Shown here piece by piece: positions 12,649 through 23,739 of a DNA stretch of 64,000 nt (position 1 is its first letter; every line of letters starts with the position of its first letter). The DNA lies in the NCBI GenBank assembly GCA_964016885.1, contig OZ024741.1, positions 364,994,001 to 365,058,000 on the forward strand, read 5' to 3'. Both the position numbers and the translations under genes were made by a program. Source of the stretch: Eledone cirrhosa. Its lineage: Eukaryota. The notes under the pieces are model-generated. The model was not told where the DNA came from, searched no databases, and saw only the letters and a list, made by a program, of their open reading frames with translations.

Positions 12649-12658
<10 letters not shown>
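12452..12658. repeat. 68-bp inverted repeat (12452-12519/12591-12658) enclosing a degenerate minus-strand HHR core
   Basis: Arms are reverse complements; minus strand reads CTGACGA-cgaa..ttcg-GAAA (12546-12582) but stem I does not pair. Confidence 0.8.
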
Positions 12659-12718
<60 letters not shown>

Positions 12719-12858
12719 CGTTTCATTTTTTCCGTTTATCGTTTTCGGTGCCCCCGGCCGATTAACTCACTCGATATGAAAATTAGGCTGCTCAGCCGTT
12801 AATATGCATAAAGAAAGTATATACTTTCAGACGTTCAATCATCTGGCAGGAAGGTATA

Positions 12859-12899
12859 CGTTGCTGACGATAGCTAATAAGCTTGAAACTAGTACAGCG
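12859..12899 (+). ncRNA. Minimal type I hammerhead ribozyme, unit 1
   Basis: cgttg-CTGACGA-tagct/aata/agctt-GAAA-ctag-TA-cagcg; palindromic stem III ACTAGT; GUA triplet. Confidence 0.85.
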
Positions 12900-13288
12900 T
12901 TCCTTTGTCAGTGTTGAACAAAAGAGCAACGATGGTTGCTAGACACTGTACGGCTTAATTTGGGATGTTTGTTTACAAAAACACCGAGCATTATAATAAA
13001 TGTTCGGTGAATCCATACGTACATATATATATGTGTGCATGTATGTATATATATATACATACTACTGTACGTCTGTATACATATATGTATGTACGTATAC
13101 ATACTTATATTTAAGTAACAGCCGTACTAAGAGTGATAAATGAAATTTCGTTTCATTTTTTCTGTTTATCGTTTTCGGTGCGCCCGGCCGATTAACTCAC
13201 TCGATATGCAAATTAGGCTGCTTAGCCGTTAATATGCATAACGAAAGTATATACTTTCAGACGTTCAATCATCTGGCAGGAAGGTATA

Positions 13289-13329
13289 CGTTGCTGACGA
13301 TAGCTAATAAGCTTGAAACTAGTACAGCG
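13289..13329 (+). ncRNA. Minimal type I hammerhead ribozyme, unit 2
   Basis: Same sequence as unit 1. Confidence 0.85.
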
Positions 13330-13720
13330 TTCCTTTGTCAGTGTTGAACAAATGAGCAACGATGTTTGCTAGACACTGTACGGCTTAATTCGGGATGTTT
13401 GTTTACAAACACACCGAGCATTATAATAAATGTACGGTGAATCCATATGTACATATATATATATATGTGTGTGTATGTATGTATATATACGCACTACTTT
13501 ACGTCTGTATACATATATGTATGTACGTATACATACTTATATTTAAGTAACAGCCGTACTAAGAGTGAGAAATGAAATTTCGTTTCATTTTTTCCGTTTA
13601 TAGTTTTCGGTGCACCCGGCCGATTAACTCACTCGATATGCAAATTAAGCTGCTCAGCCGTTAATATGCATAAGGAAAGTATATACTTTCAGACGTTCAA
13701 TCATCAGGCAGGAAGGTATA

Positions 13721-13761
13721 CGTTGCTGACGATAGCTAATAAGCTTGAAACTAGTACACCG
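13721..13761 (+). ncRNA. Minimal type I hammerhead ribozyme, unit 3 (one stem I mismatch)
   Basis: Same core; cagcg changed to caccg. Confidence 0.8.
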
Positions 13762-14150
13762 TTCCTTTGTCAGTGTTGAACAAAAGAGCAACGATGGTTG
13801 CTAGACACTGTACGGCTTAATTTGGGATGTTTGTTTACAAAAACACCGAGCATTATAATAAATGTTCGGTGAATCCATACGTACATATATATATGTGTGC
13901 ATGTATGTATATATATATACATACTACTGTACGTCTGTATACATATATGTATGTACGTATACATACTTATATTTAAGTAACAGCCGTACTAAGAGTGAGA
14001 AATGAAATTTCGTTTCATTTTTTCCGTTTATAGCTTTCGGTGCACCCGGCCGATTAACTCACTGGATATGCAAATTAAGCTGCTCAGCCGTTAATATGCA
14101 TAAGGAAAGTATATACTTTCAGACGTTCAATCATCTGGCAGGAAGGTATA

Positions 14151-14191
14151 CGTTGCTGACGATAGCTAATAAGCTTGAAACTAGTACAGCG
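14151..14191 (+). ncRNA. Minimal type I hammerhead ribozyme, unit 4
   Basis: Same sequence as unit 1. Confidence 0.85.
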
Positions 14192-14321
14192 TTCATTTGT
14201 CAGTGTTGAACAAATGAGCAACGAAGGTTGCTAGACACTGTACGGCTTAATTTGGGATGTTTGTTTACAAACACACCGAGCATTCGGTGAATCTATACGT
14301 ACTTATATATATATGTGCATG

Positions 14322-14356
<35 letters not shown>

Positions 14357-14392
14357 TATGTCTGTATACATATATGTATGTACGTATACATA

Positions 14393-14491
<99 letters not shown>

Positions 14492-14539
14492 AATTAGTAT
14501 ATCTACTAACATATATATACAGATGTATACCTATGCAAG

Positions 14540-14583
<44 letters not shown>

Positions 14584-14690
14584 TATATTTATTAAAATAA
14601 CAGATTTCTCCACGGTTCTTATCTATTTGATATATATTTATCTTTATCGAGCCCTCTTTGGATTTTAGTCTTCAAATTTATTATTATTAC

Positions 14691-14767
<77 letters not shown>

Positions 14768-15222
14768 TAAGTGCGTTAGAAGCCGAGTTGTACTATAAAG
14801 TTATATCTGTAACCATACAGAGTGGATAACCACGACCACACCAATGTGTATATCAATATAGACATGTTTATGATATAAACATGCCAGATTATATGAATTT
14901 TCCAGTAAATTAAAAGAAAAATGATAAACATCAATAATCGATTTCCTAATCTAGTTGGCACCTCATCAGAAGGTGTGTATATCATCCAAACAACCACAAC
15001 GAAACGCGTACTTAATGGGCTTATATACCCATTCGCTATTAGAATGATTTTGAAATGGATGACTAATTTGAATATAACAAACATTAACAGTGGAAGTGTA
15101 TGATAAAGTTATATCAATAAACATATAGAGTGGGAAATCTTGACTGCAACACAGTATGTATGTATATATATATATATATGTGTGTGTGTATGTGTGTGTG
15201 TGTGTGTGTGTGTGTCAGTGTA

Positions 15223-15361
15223 TAGTTATGTAATAAACAACACAAGACAACCACTCCATCCACCAAAGGTTCCACGAAGACAGACAAGCCCGACACAGAC
15301 GTCCGAAACGCTCGTCGCTGGTGGATGGAATGGTTGTCTTGTGTTGTTTATTACATAACTA
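15223..15361. repeat. 43-bp inverted repeat mini-element (15223-15265/15319-15361) with an HHR-like 3' half in the loop
   Basis: Arms are reverse complements with one mismatch; loop has GAAACGCTCGTC but no intact CTGANGA. Confidence 0.7.
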
Positions 15362-15586
15362 AATAGCTCAGTAGCCTACATAGAGCACTCTCTTTTCCTT
15401 TACCTTTCGTACGGAAACACGAAAGAGAGCCTCGGACAGAAACATAAACTTTCCTCTCTAAATATGTATGTAAATACCTAATAATTTTTCTTCTCCATTT
15501 TATTATTACTCGTATAACTATGCAATTATCTGCACTTTATACTTCCGTCGTTGAAAAAGCATATTATGCTGAAATCGGTAACCCGA

Positions 15587-16027
15587 AAAGCATTTTGAAG
15601 ACCATACGCTATTGCTTTAAAGTAGCGACATTGTAGCTTACTTAAATTTTCGGCAGACAGGGGGAGATAATATACATTCATGTATATATCGCTTTTTCAG
15701 AGCACCAATTGTAATTTTCAATTTCTGCTGGGCCTGCGACCGCTCTGTAAAATCAGTGCCTGATTGTTACGGGAATTCTATAAGAATCCAACACACATAA
15801 TTTTCGGCAGATGGGGAGAGTAGTGAGTTCTGATAAGTACCAAAAAGTACGAAACAGCGCTGTCAACTTATCTCTCCCTGTCTGCCGAAAATTTAAGTAA
15901 GCGACAATGTCGCTACTTTAAAACAATAGCGTATGGTCTTCAAAATGCTTTAATTAAGCATGCAGTGTATTGCAAAATACACTATATATACATTCATATG
16001 TATATCGCTATTTCAGAGCACCAATTC
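15587..16027 (+). mobile_element. PLE-pLTR-like mini-element with ~84-bp inverted arms (15587-15670/15868-15951) and an HHR; relative at ~61835-62030
   Basis: Arms read directly; shared GCCGAAAAT..AAGTAAG..CTACTTTAAAAC..ATGGTCTTCAAAATG at 61920-61985. Confidence 0.75.
15824..15870 (+). ncRNA. Type I hammerhead with G8A core substitution
   Basis: tgagtt-CTGATAA-gtac/caaaaa/gtac-GAAA-cagcgctg-TC-aactta; stem I extends further (TTTTCGGCAGA/TCTGCCGAAAA). Confidence 0.8.
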
Positions 16028-16035
16028 TAATTTAT

Positions 16036-16099
<64 letters not shown>

Positions 16100-16122
16100 C
16101 ATCAGTCGCAAGTGTGAGCGGG

Positions 16123-16167
16123 ATCGTCCTGATGAGAATCCAGTTAAGTTCGAAATGCATCGACGAT
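16123..16167 (+). ncRNA. Minimal type I hammerhead with canonical core
   Basis: atcgtc-CTGATGA-gaat..gttc-GAAA-tgca-TC-gacgat; 6-bp stem I; palindromic ATGCAT; downstream sequence recurs at ~19478-19595. Confidence 0.85.
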
Positions 16168-16328
16168 TGTCCCCCTTACTTCTGCTGAACACCAGCAGAG
16201 GACGTTAGACACGGTGTTTTGCATAGCTACGGCTTTCTAAGTGTTTACCTGTAAACATACCGTATTTCTTTAGAAATACGAGATTATAATACATATCTAT
16301 ATACAGCTATGCATGAGCTAAATCCTAA

Positions 16329-16390
<62 letters not shown>

Positions 16391-16401
16391 TCTCTCTCTC
16401 A

Positions 16402-16460
<59 letters not shown>

Positions 16461-16461
<1 letters not shown>

Positions 16462-16842
16462 TAATAATAAAAAATAACGAAGTATTAGGCCTTCATTACG
16501 TTTAATGGGTAGTGACGCGCGTTTCGCGATTGATCAGCTTAAGGCTCGATCTGTATCGATCTGCCCCGATTCTGGAATCAATAAACGTAATAAAGACCTA
16601 ACACATCGTCTCTTTTATTGTTAGTAAATCTCGCCGAAGTTAACTTTGCCTTTCATCCTTACGGGGTCGATAAAATGAAGTACCAGTAATGCACTGGGAT
16701 AATTGCTGGCCTTGTGCCAAACATAGAAACAATTATTAGTATTACACTCTGCTTAGTACTACAACAATATACCTACTGGAAACTATGCATCGAGTGCTCA
16801 CTTTGGTGAACCTATAATAACTGAACTTTACAATCCTTGAAT
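16461..16842 (-). mobile_element. Small dispersed element family (also ~19195-19405, 54735-55092, 57962-58315); this copy is interrupted by a SINE fragment (~16630-16738)
   Basis: Shared GCCTTCATTACGTT..TGACGCGCGTTTCGC.ATTGATCAGCT and GAGCACTCG blocks; (TA)n flanks. Confidence 0.75.
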
Positions 16843-17039
16843 ATATATATATATAGACATGTATGTGTGTGAGTGTGTGTGTGTGTGCATGTATGTATGT
16901 ATGTATGTATGTATGTATGTATGTATGTATGTATGTATGCTTTCATGCATGTATGTATGCATGTATGTGTGTATATGTGTGTAGTTGAAAAAGGGAGTAA
17001 AAATCCATACAAAACGGAGGTTATAGCCAAAAAGTAAAG

Positions 17040-17480
17040 GTGAAAGAGCGCAGAACTCTATTTAATGATTATTTTATCTTTAATCCGACAGAGTGAATAA
17101 TTTTATAATTGTTGCATTACATATGAGCGGTTTCGGTTGGTAGAACAATCTTAACAAATATTAAAAAAAAAAAAGAATTTCATATAGTCTGTGAGAAGTT
17201 CGAATATATGTGAATTCTCTGTCGAAATGCCTTCTTATAAATATGTTCTTTTTGAAGGTATGGTAGTGAAGGTGGAAGTGGGGTTGAATAGGTAAGGATT
17301 CAATTGATTCACTTGGTTTAAATAGAAAATGCTCCCACCAGATGCCATTTTTGATGCGTGTGATTTTTGGGTGAGTATTTATGTGAGACTATATTGTGTT
17401 AAAAGGTCAGGATTTGTGAAAGGAGCTGAAACAAGTTAAGAGCGGATATAGAATTTTTCTTTTGCCTAGTGATATAGACG
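17040..17480 (-). pseudogene. Possible very decayed PLE endonuclease remnant
   Basis: Composition and scattered words resemble 56400-56700; no intact motif. Confidence 0.25.
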
Positions 17481-17653
17481 CACGCACGTGTATGTGTGTG
17501 TGTATGTGCGTGCGTGTGTGTGTGTGCGTGTGTGTGTGTACTGATTTTGTCTAGAGATCAACATTATTTTTAGGGTGTGCAAGCATAAAACTATAGATAT
17601 AAACAGGATTGAAAGGGTTCTTGGGGGTGTAGTGGTTTGGATTTTGGAGGATT

Positions 17654-17690
<37 letters not shown>

Positions 17691-17886
17691 TGTGTTCGCT
17701 TTTCACGTGAAGATGCGTTCATGAACGCGGTGCGTAAATCAAATTCGCATAATTCAAGTCTAATTTTCCCATGAATAAAAAAAATTAAAAAACACCAGCG
17801 TTAAAGCGTGTTATTTGCGCATAGTGAATATTTAAGGATATTTTTTCAAGAAGTGTTAAAGCAAAGTCGCGTAAAAAGCAAAACGA

Positions 17887-17959
<73 letters not shown>

Positions 17960-18455
17960 TTATCCCTGGTTCAATCGGGGGTAACCACAGTAAGTAAGGT
18001 ACTCAATACAAAGCAGAGTATCAATGTTTAATATAGAAAAGCTTCTACAGGACTAGAACTGTTTCATTCGTGAGAAATCATCAGGAAGCTGACTGTCCAA
18101 GTAAATATGGTGGTATTTATATATTTTCTGGTGGTAGGAGAGGGTGGGGAGTGGGATGGGTGGAGGTCATTGGTTGATGGGTTTAAAGAAAAGGGAATTC
18201 TTTAAAAGCTAATTCTTTAAAGCTATAATTTATATTTAGAGTGAGTGACAAAGGCAGAAAGAATTCTATAAACAAGTTCAAATTGGAATACCACTCCTTA
18301 TTTTTAAGTTTCTCTTAAACTAACAATGCCTATATTTCAGGTGTCTATAAGATAGGTGGAAGTCATTGGTTGGTGGGTTTAAAGAAAGGGGAATTCTTTA
18401 AAAGCTAATTCTTTAAAGCTGTATTTAGAGTGACAAAGGCAGAAAGAATTCTAAT
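17960..18455 (-). mobile_element. pLTR-like element with HHR and an internal ~105-bp direct duplication; relatives at 19725-19905 and 59795-59877
   Basis: Shared GGTT.AATCGGGGGTAACCACAGTAAGTA; duplication ~18159-18269/18355-18453. Confidence 0.7.
18040..18090 (-). ncRNA. Type I hammerhead with canonical core
   Basis: Minus strand: agcttc-CTGATGA-tttc/tcac/gaat-GAAA-cag/ttctagtc/ctg-TA-gaagct. Confidence 0.85.
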
Positions 18456-18504
18456 GACAGATGATTATGCAGAGATCTTAAAGATGTTCTAATGGTTATT
18501 CACA

Positions 18505-19108
18505 CAAAGTAACTGTGATGGTTCTGGGAGTCGTGAGAAACATAAGAGATACCGCCTCACTTCTTTCCTCAAGACTTAAAGGTCAATGTTGCTGACTATA
18601 AGAAGGTGTTAGAGAGGTTTATGAAGCCTTGGATAGAGAACGTAAGCAAAGGAAGCCCGTATGACTGCCAACAAGACTACACCATCTCATATGGATAAGA
18701 CGATCCAAGAATGAGTGAGTTACAATCTGCACCATCACGTCACCCCAAACATATGAGCGCCTAGCTCTATAGATTTGAATCCATTTGACTAGACCGTATA
18801 GGATGTAGCCTAAAGAGAGAGAAAGAGGGAGAGAGAGAGGGAGATAAAAAGAGAGAGATTTAAAAGAGAGAGAGAGAGAGAGTTAATAAACACTGACATA
18901 AACAATATAAAATCTATGACATTCGCTATAACCAACACAATGTCCGAAATAGATAGAGATCATCTGATTCGGGCATGTCAACATTTGAGACACCAACGTC
19001 GGGTACATTGAATAGATACGTAAAGAAGAGTCTCAATTTCTTCTCAAATAAAGTTCTTCTTTCCTGATTTATGCGTCGTTTACTAAATTCATGCAAATAT
19101 CCTCCGTA
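18505..19108 (+). mobile_element. Decayed Tc1/mariner (probably DD37D/maT-like) transposase 3' half
   Basis: Reads VMVLGVV..PPHFFPQDLKVN..YKKVLERFMKPWI..QQD..PSH..*APSSIDLNPFD* (WPPxSPDLNPLD-like) with stops. Confidence 0.75.
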
Positions 19109-19140
19109 CAAATATATGTATATATCATTATACATATATG

Positions 19141-19193
<53 letters not shown>

Positions 19194-19401
19194 TTAGGGA
19201 TTGTAACGTCCAGTTACTGGAGGTTCAGCAGAATGAGCACTCGGTGCGTAGTTTCCAATTGGTTATTACCATAACAGAATTCCGACGAGCTCTTGATTCC
19301 AGAGTCGGGCCAGATCGGTAATAAAGATTGAACCATGAGCTGATCAATCGCGAAACGCGCGTCATACCTCAATGAACGTAATGAAGATTTAGCACTTCAT
19401 G

Positions 19402-19467
<66 letters not shown>

Positions 19468-19609
19468 TCGATAGCCCGGTGTCTTTCATAGCTACAGCTT
19501 TCTAAATGTTTACTTATAAATATACCGTATTTCTTTAGAAATACGAAATTCCAATACATATCTGTATACAGCTATGCATGAAGCTAAATCCTAATTATAT
19601 ATACATACA

Positions 19610-19723
<114 letters not shown>

Positions 19724-19800
19724 TTTATACCGGGTTCAATCGGGGGTAACCACAGTAAGTAAGGTACTCAATCAAAGCCGAGTATAAATATTCAATATAG

Positions 19801-19904
19801 AAAGGCTTCTACAGGACTAGAACTGTTTCATTCGGGAGAAAACATCAGGAAGCTTCCTGATGATTTCTCCCGAATGAAACAGTTCTAGTTCTGTAGATGC
19901 CTTT
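19801..19904. ncRNA. Head-to-head palindromic pair of hammerheads centred on GGAAGCTTCC
   Basis: + copy 19851-19901 CTGATGA-tttctcccgaat-GAAAcag..ctgTA; - copy has CTGATGT; same family as 18040-18090. Confidence 0.82.
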
Positions 19905-20017
19905 ATATATATATATATATATATATATATGTAAAAATTCTATTTAAATTGTTGGGATGCAACAAGCAAATATTTTTATAACTGATATAAAGCACTCAAC
20001 AAATAATTGGAGTAGAG

Positions 20018-20335
20018 ATACGATATTAACAAATGGAAACTATATTTATAAAACCATATTTATTTCATTATACATATTTCAAGGACACCAAGTTAAATTA
20101 TGGTGTGCTTTCATCAGATAAAATATAATATAGAGCAGTTAGATAGTCCTATCCGGGAGCTTCCAACAGTAATGGTTGCATTCTTTAAGGGTACGTCAAT
20201 ATTGATTTATAAAACTGCTCTATATTATATTTTATCTGATGAAAGCACACCATAATTTAACTTGGCGTCCTTGAAATATGTATAATGAAATAAATATAGT
20301 TTTATAAATATAGTTTCCATTTGTTAATATCGTAT
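20018..20335. mobile_element. 123-bp inverted repeat element (20018-20140/20213-20335), each arm with an HHR core; relative at ~27370-27440
   Basis: CTGATGA-aagcacacca/taatttaact/tgg(c/t)gtcctt-GAAA-tatg-TA at 20236-20282 and its mirror; stem I weak. Confidence 0.8.
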
Positions 20336-20659
20336 ATATATATATATATATGAATATGAAGAAAGGTAAAGAAGCAAGTTAAAGAGAGACACAAGAGAAA
20401 AGCCAGTTTTGAAAGAAATGCAAAGAGATTCAGAAATAATAAAAGAGGAGGTACAGTAAAATCAACCTCATGCAAATATTGGTATAGTCGTCGTCAGGAT
20501 CGACGGAGGTCCAGCAATAATACTTCGTAATATTCAATTCAGTGGTTTACTAAACACATTAATTTATTCCGCCACACCTTACTTCACAGACAAATGATTT
20601 ATTGTAAACCTGAAATCTGAATGGAAGAAGAAATTGTAGCATAAGGTCGTTGTTTAGAA

Positions 20660-20933
20660 AAGAAAGCAAGAGAAGGAGAGAGAGGAAGAGGGAGAGAGAG
20701 AGAGAGTTAGAAAGATAGAGAGACGAAATAACGAGGGACAGAGAGAGAAAGAGAGAGAGAGCGGGGGTGGGGGGTAAAGAGGAGCGAGAGAAGAGAAAGA
20801 GAGGAGCGAGAGAAAAAAAGAAAGTTCGAAAGATATATATATATATATAGAAAGAGAGAGAGGGAGAGGAAGGAGAGAGAGTGAATGAGGGGGGGGGGTA
20901 AAGAGGAGCGAGAGAAAAAAGAAAGTTCGAAAG

Positions 20934-20964
<31 letters not shown>

Positions 20965-21085
20965 AAGAGGGTGAGAGAGAGGAGGGATAGAGAGGAGAGA
21001 TAGAGAGGAGAGAGAGGAGAGAGAAAGAGAAAGGAATTTAGAGAGATAGAGAGAGCGAGAGAAAGAAAGAGAGAGAGAGAATTCT
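20660..21085. repeat. GA-rich low-complexity block with an internal duplication
   Basis: Direct reading; GGGGTAAAGAGGAGCGAGAG..GAAAGTTCGAAAGATATA occurs twice. Confidence 0.9.
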
Positions 21086-22309
21086 CTTTGGAAAACAGAC
21101 AATCCAATCATAAACAGAAACACATACACAAACAAAAACATAACAAAACAAATAAACCTATCTAATATTGATAGAGATACAATTATTACTGAAATAATGC
21201 TTAGTACAATATTCGGGAGAATATAAAACTAGACATTTTTAGAAAAATACAAAAAAATTATAAAAAAACAGCAGCAAAAAACAAACAAAAAAAAAACAAA
21301 CAAACAAAACACACACGCACACACAAGACAAGAAAATTAAAAGAAATTGTACGGAAAATAAATGTTGTAAAAACAAACGTGCAAAGATAAAGTAAAGAAT
21401 GTGTGTGTGTGTGTGTGAGAGAGAGAGATAGAGAGAGCGAGAGAGAGAGAGGGGGTGAGAAGGAGAGAGAGGAGAAGAGGACGAAAAATGGATTTAACAT
21501 GTCGTCTGCTTATATAACAAATGGAAAAACTAAATGTATTTAACGTAACATTAATAGTTACTTTCCAAGTTTCTTATTTCGTTCCAAACTTTCGCAGTAT
21601 AGTTTCTATTATGAATAATATATTATTAGTTTTTGTATTTGCTTTGCAAGATTCTTGATGAGAAATCGTTTGTTGAAACAGATATTGTTAGACTTTGGGA
21701 CGATCATGCTGCCAATAAAAACACGCGCACCGGTTAAATTCTACTTCAGATATTTTTTTTATTCACCAGCTAACTATGGTGGTGCATTAGCAGAATCCTT
21801 AGAGCAGTGGAAAAAATGTATTAACCCAGGTACTCTGTGCTCTTCCACGGTTAACCACGGTTGCCTTTCGTTTGCCTTTCATCCTTCCGGTTTAGGAAAA
21901 CATAAAGTACCAGTCAAGTACTGGTGTCGATAAAATCGATTTTTCCCGCCACTCATTATTGATGAGCTTGTAATAACTTAGAAATCCTTATTAATCTGGG
22001 GACTAGTCCATCCATCAGTTGGTGCAAACAACCAATAGGTTATTTACTTAATTGTCAAAGCTCTTATATCGCACATTTTTTATCTTCTATGTCTCCTCTC
22101 CGTCTCGACCTGGCATCCAGAGTACTCCATCTCTTTTCTCATTGTATTGTCTTTCTGAAAAGTGTGCATTATAACACTGTCTAGTATATTATGCATGTGT
22201 TCAGAGACTGAATGACGCATAGACGCCATCTTCTCAAAATACAATGCTTCTCCAACCTAAGCCATGTTGCAAAGAAGTATTGGAAGATAAATTTAGAAAT
22301 ACATACAGA

Positions 22310-22870
22310 AAGAATAATAGGGAGATGTGTAGGGAGAATGATAGGGTGAAGTGTAAAGAGAATGATAGAGAGAAGTGTAGAGAGGAGAATAGAGAGAAGT
22401 TTATGGAAAATGAGAGAGAAAAGTTTAGGGAGATTGATAGAGAAAAGTGTAGGGAGAAGTGTAGGGAGAAGTGTAGCGAGAAGTGTTAAGGGAAGTGTAG
22501 GGAGAATGACAGAGAGGAATGAGCGAAGTATAATGGAAAGAAGTGCTGAGAGATGATAGAGAGAAGTATAGGGATAGAGAATTGTAGGGAGAATTGTAGG
22601 GAGAATGATAGAGGGAAGTTTTGAGTGAATGAGGGAGAGAAGTTTAAGGAGAATGATAGGGAGAAATGTAGAGAGAAAGATAGAGGGAAGTGTAGGGAGA
22701 ATGATAGAGAGAAATGCGAGGAGAAAGATAGGGAGCAGTGTAGGGAGAATTATAAAGAGAAGTGCAAGGAGAATGATAGAGATGAATGTGATGAGAATGA
22801 GGGAAGAATGATAGAGAGAAGTATAGGAAAATGGACAGAGAGAAAAGTAGTAAAATGTTATAGAGAAATA
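22310..22870. repeat. Degenerate 12-bp purine-rich minisatellite (GGGAGAATGATA / GAGAGAAGTGTA)
   Basis: Periodicity visible in the DNA and in the repetitive translations. Confidence 0.88.
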
Positions 22871-23700
22871 TAGGAAGAATAGCGATATATTAGAAGAAAA
22901 TATAAAAGCGAAGGAAAATAGTCGGAAGATTAAAGAGAAAAATAAAAAGAAGGTTATGAAGAAGACGAGGCTGAATATACACAAATAGAAAATATAGGGA
23001 AATGAAGCATAAGTAAAAAAAAGGAATGATATAAAAGGAACGAAGAAAATAAAAAAAACACAAGAATAAGTATAGAAATTATATATTTGATTTTTTACAT
23101 ATCTTAGTTTAATTTTTAGCAAAATACTCTGCCATATCCGTCACAGCATTAAAACACATAACACTACAAAACAAAGAAAGAAACAAACAAGCGGTACAAA
23201 TTATATTTCAAGAATAGTTGACATATAATGATCGATACCATTATCTTTAGATTTACCAAAATTCTTCGAAACGGCTTCACTCTTCCATAGTTCCGTACCT
23301 CTGCATGTTTGTACCAAACGTTTTCACTCTACTACACTCTTACAGAATTACATCTGTCTAGAATGACCTTCCGTCGGTTTCGACGATGAGTGTTCCAGCT
23401 GTTGGATCAACAGAACAGCTTGCTTGTGAAAATAACGTGTAAGTGATTGAGTATTCAATAGTCATGTGTACCGTTAACGTAATTCTCAGGGAGATTCAAT
23501 GTGACACACTGTGTGCCAAAACTGTCCTATAGGTACAGTTAGGCCAACGGGCTTCCACATAGTTTCCGGCTATCGCATTTTACTCACAAAGCATGGGTCG
23601 AATTGTGGCTCAGTTATATGACACATGTCCAAAATATCAAATAGTGGGATTTAACCAGGGACATAATGATTTACACACACACATACATACACAAATATAA

Positions 23701-23737
<37 letters not shown>

Positions 23738-23739
<2 letters not shown>

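Larger units (their letters stand above)
12716..14399 (+). repeat. Tandem array of four ~430-bp units (starts 12716, 13146, 13578, 14008), each with a hammerhead ribozyme; retrozyme-like
   Basis: Unit start TTTCGTTTCATTTTTT recurs at 430/432/430 bp spacing; flanked by (TA)n; last unit incomplete. Confidence 0.95.

Noticed and set aside
12716-14399. CRISPR-like array
   Set aside because: Whole units repeat with no unique spacers; eukaryotic context; no cas genes.
14257-14580. Many [16 protein letters not shown] ORFs here and across the window
   Set aside because: Microsatellite translations.
14925-14980. Minus-strand CTGATGA...GAAATCGAT hammerhead candidate
   Set aside because: Stems I and II do not pair.
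20578-20625. Possible minus-strand microexon (ttcag..GAA/gtaag)
   Set aside because: Splice-like words only; no recognisable product or partner exon.
22181-23122. 313-aa hydrophobic ORF resembling a membrane protein
   Set aside because: It is the translation of a 12-bp pyrimidine-strand minisatellite.
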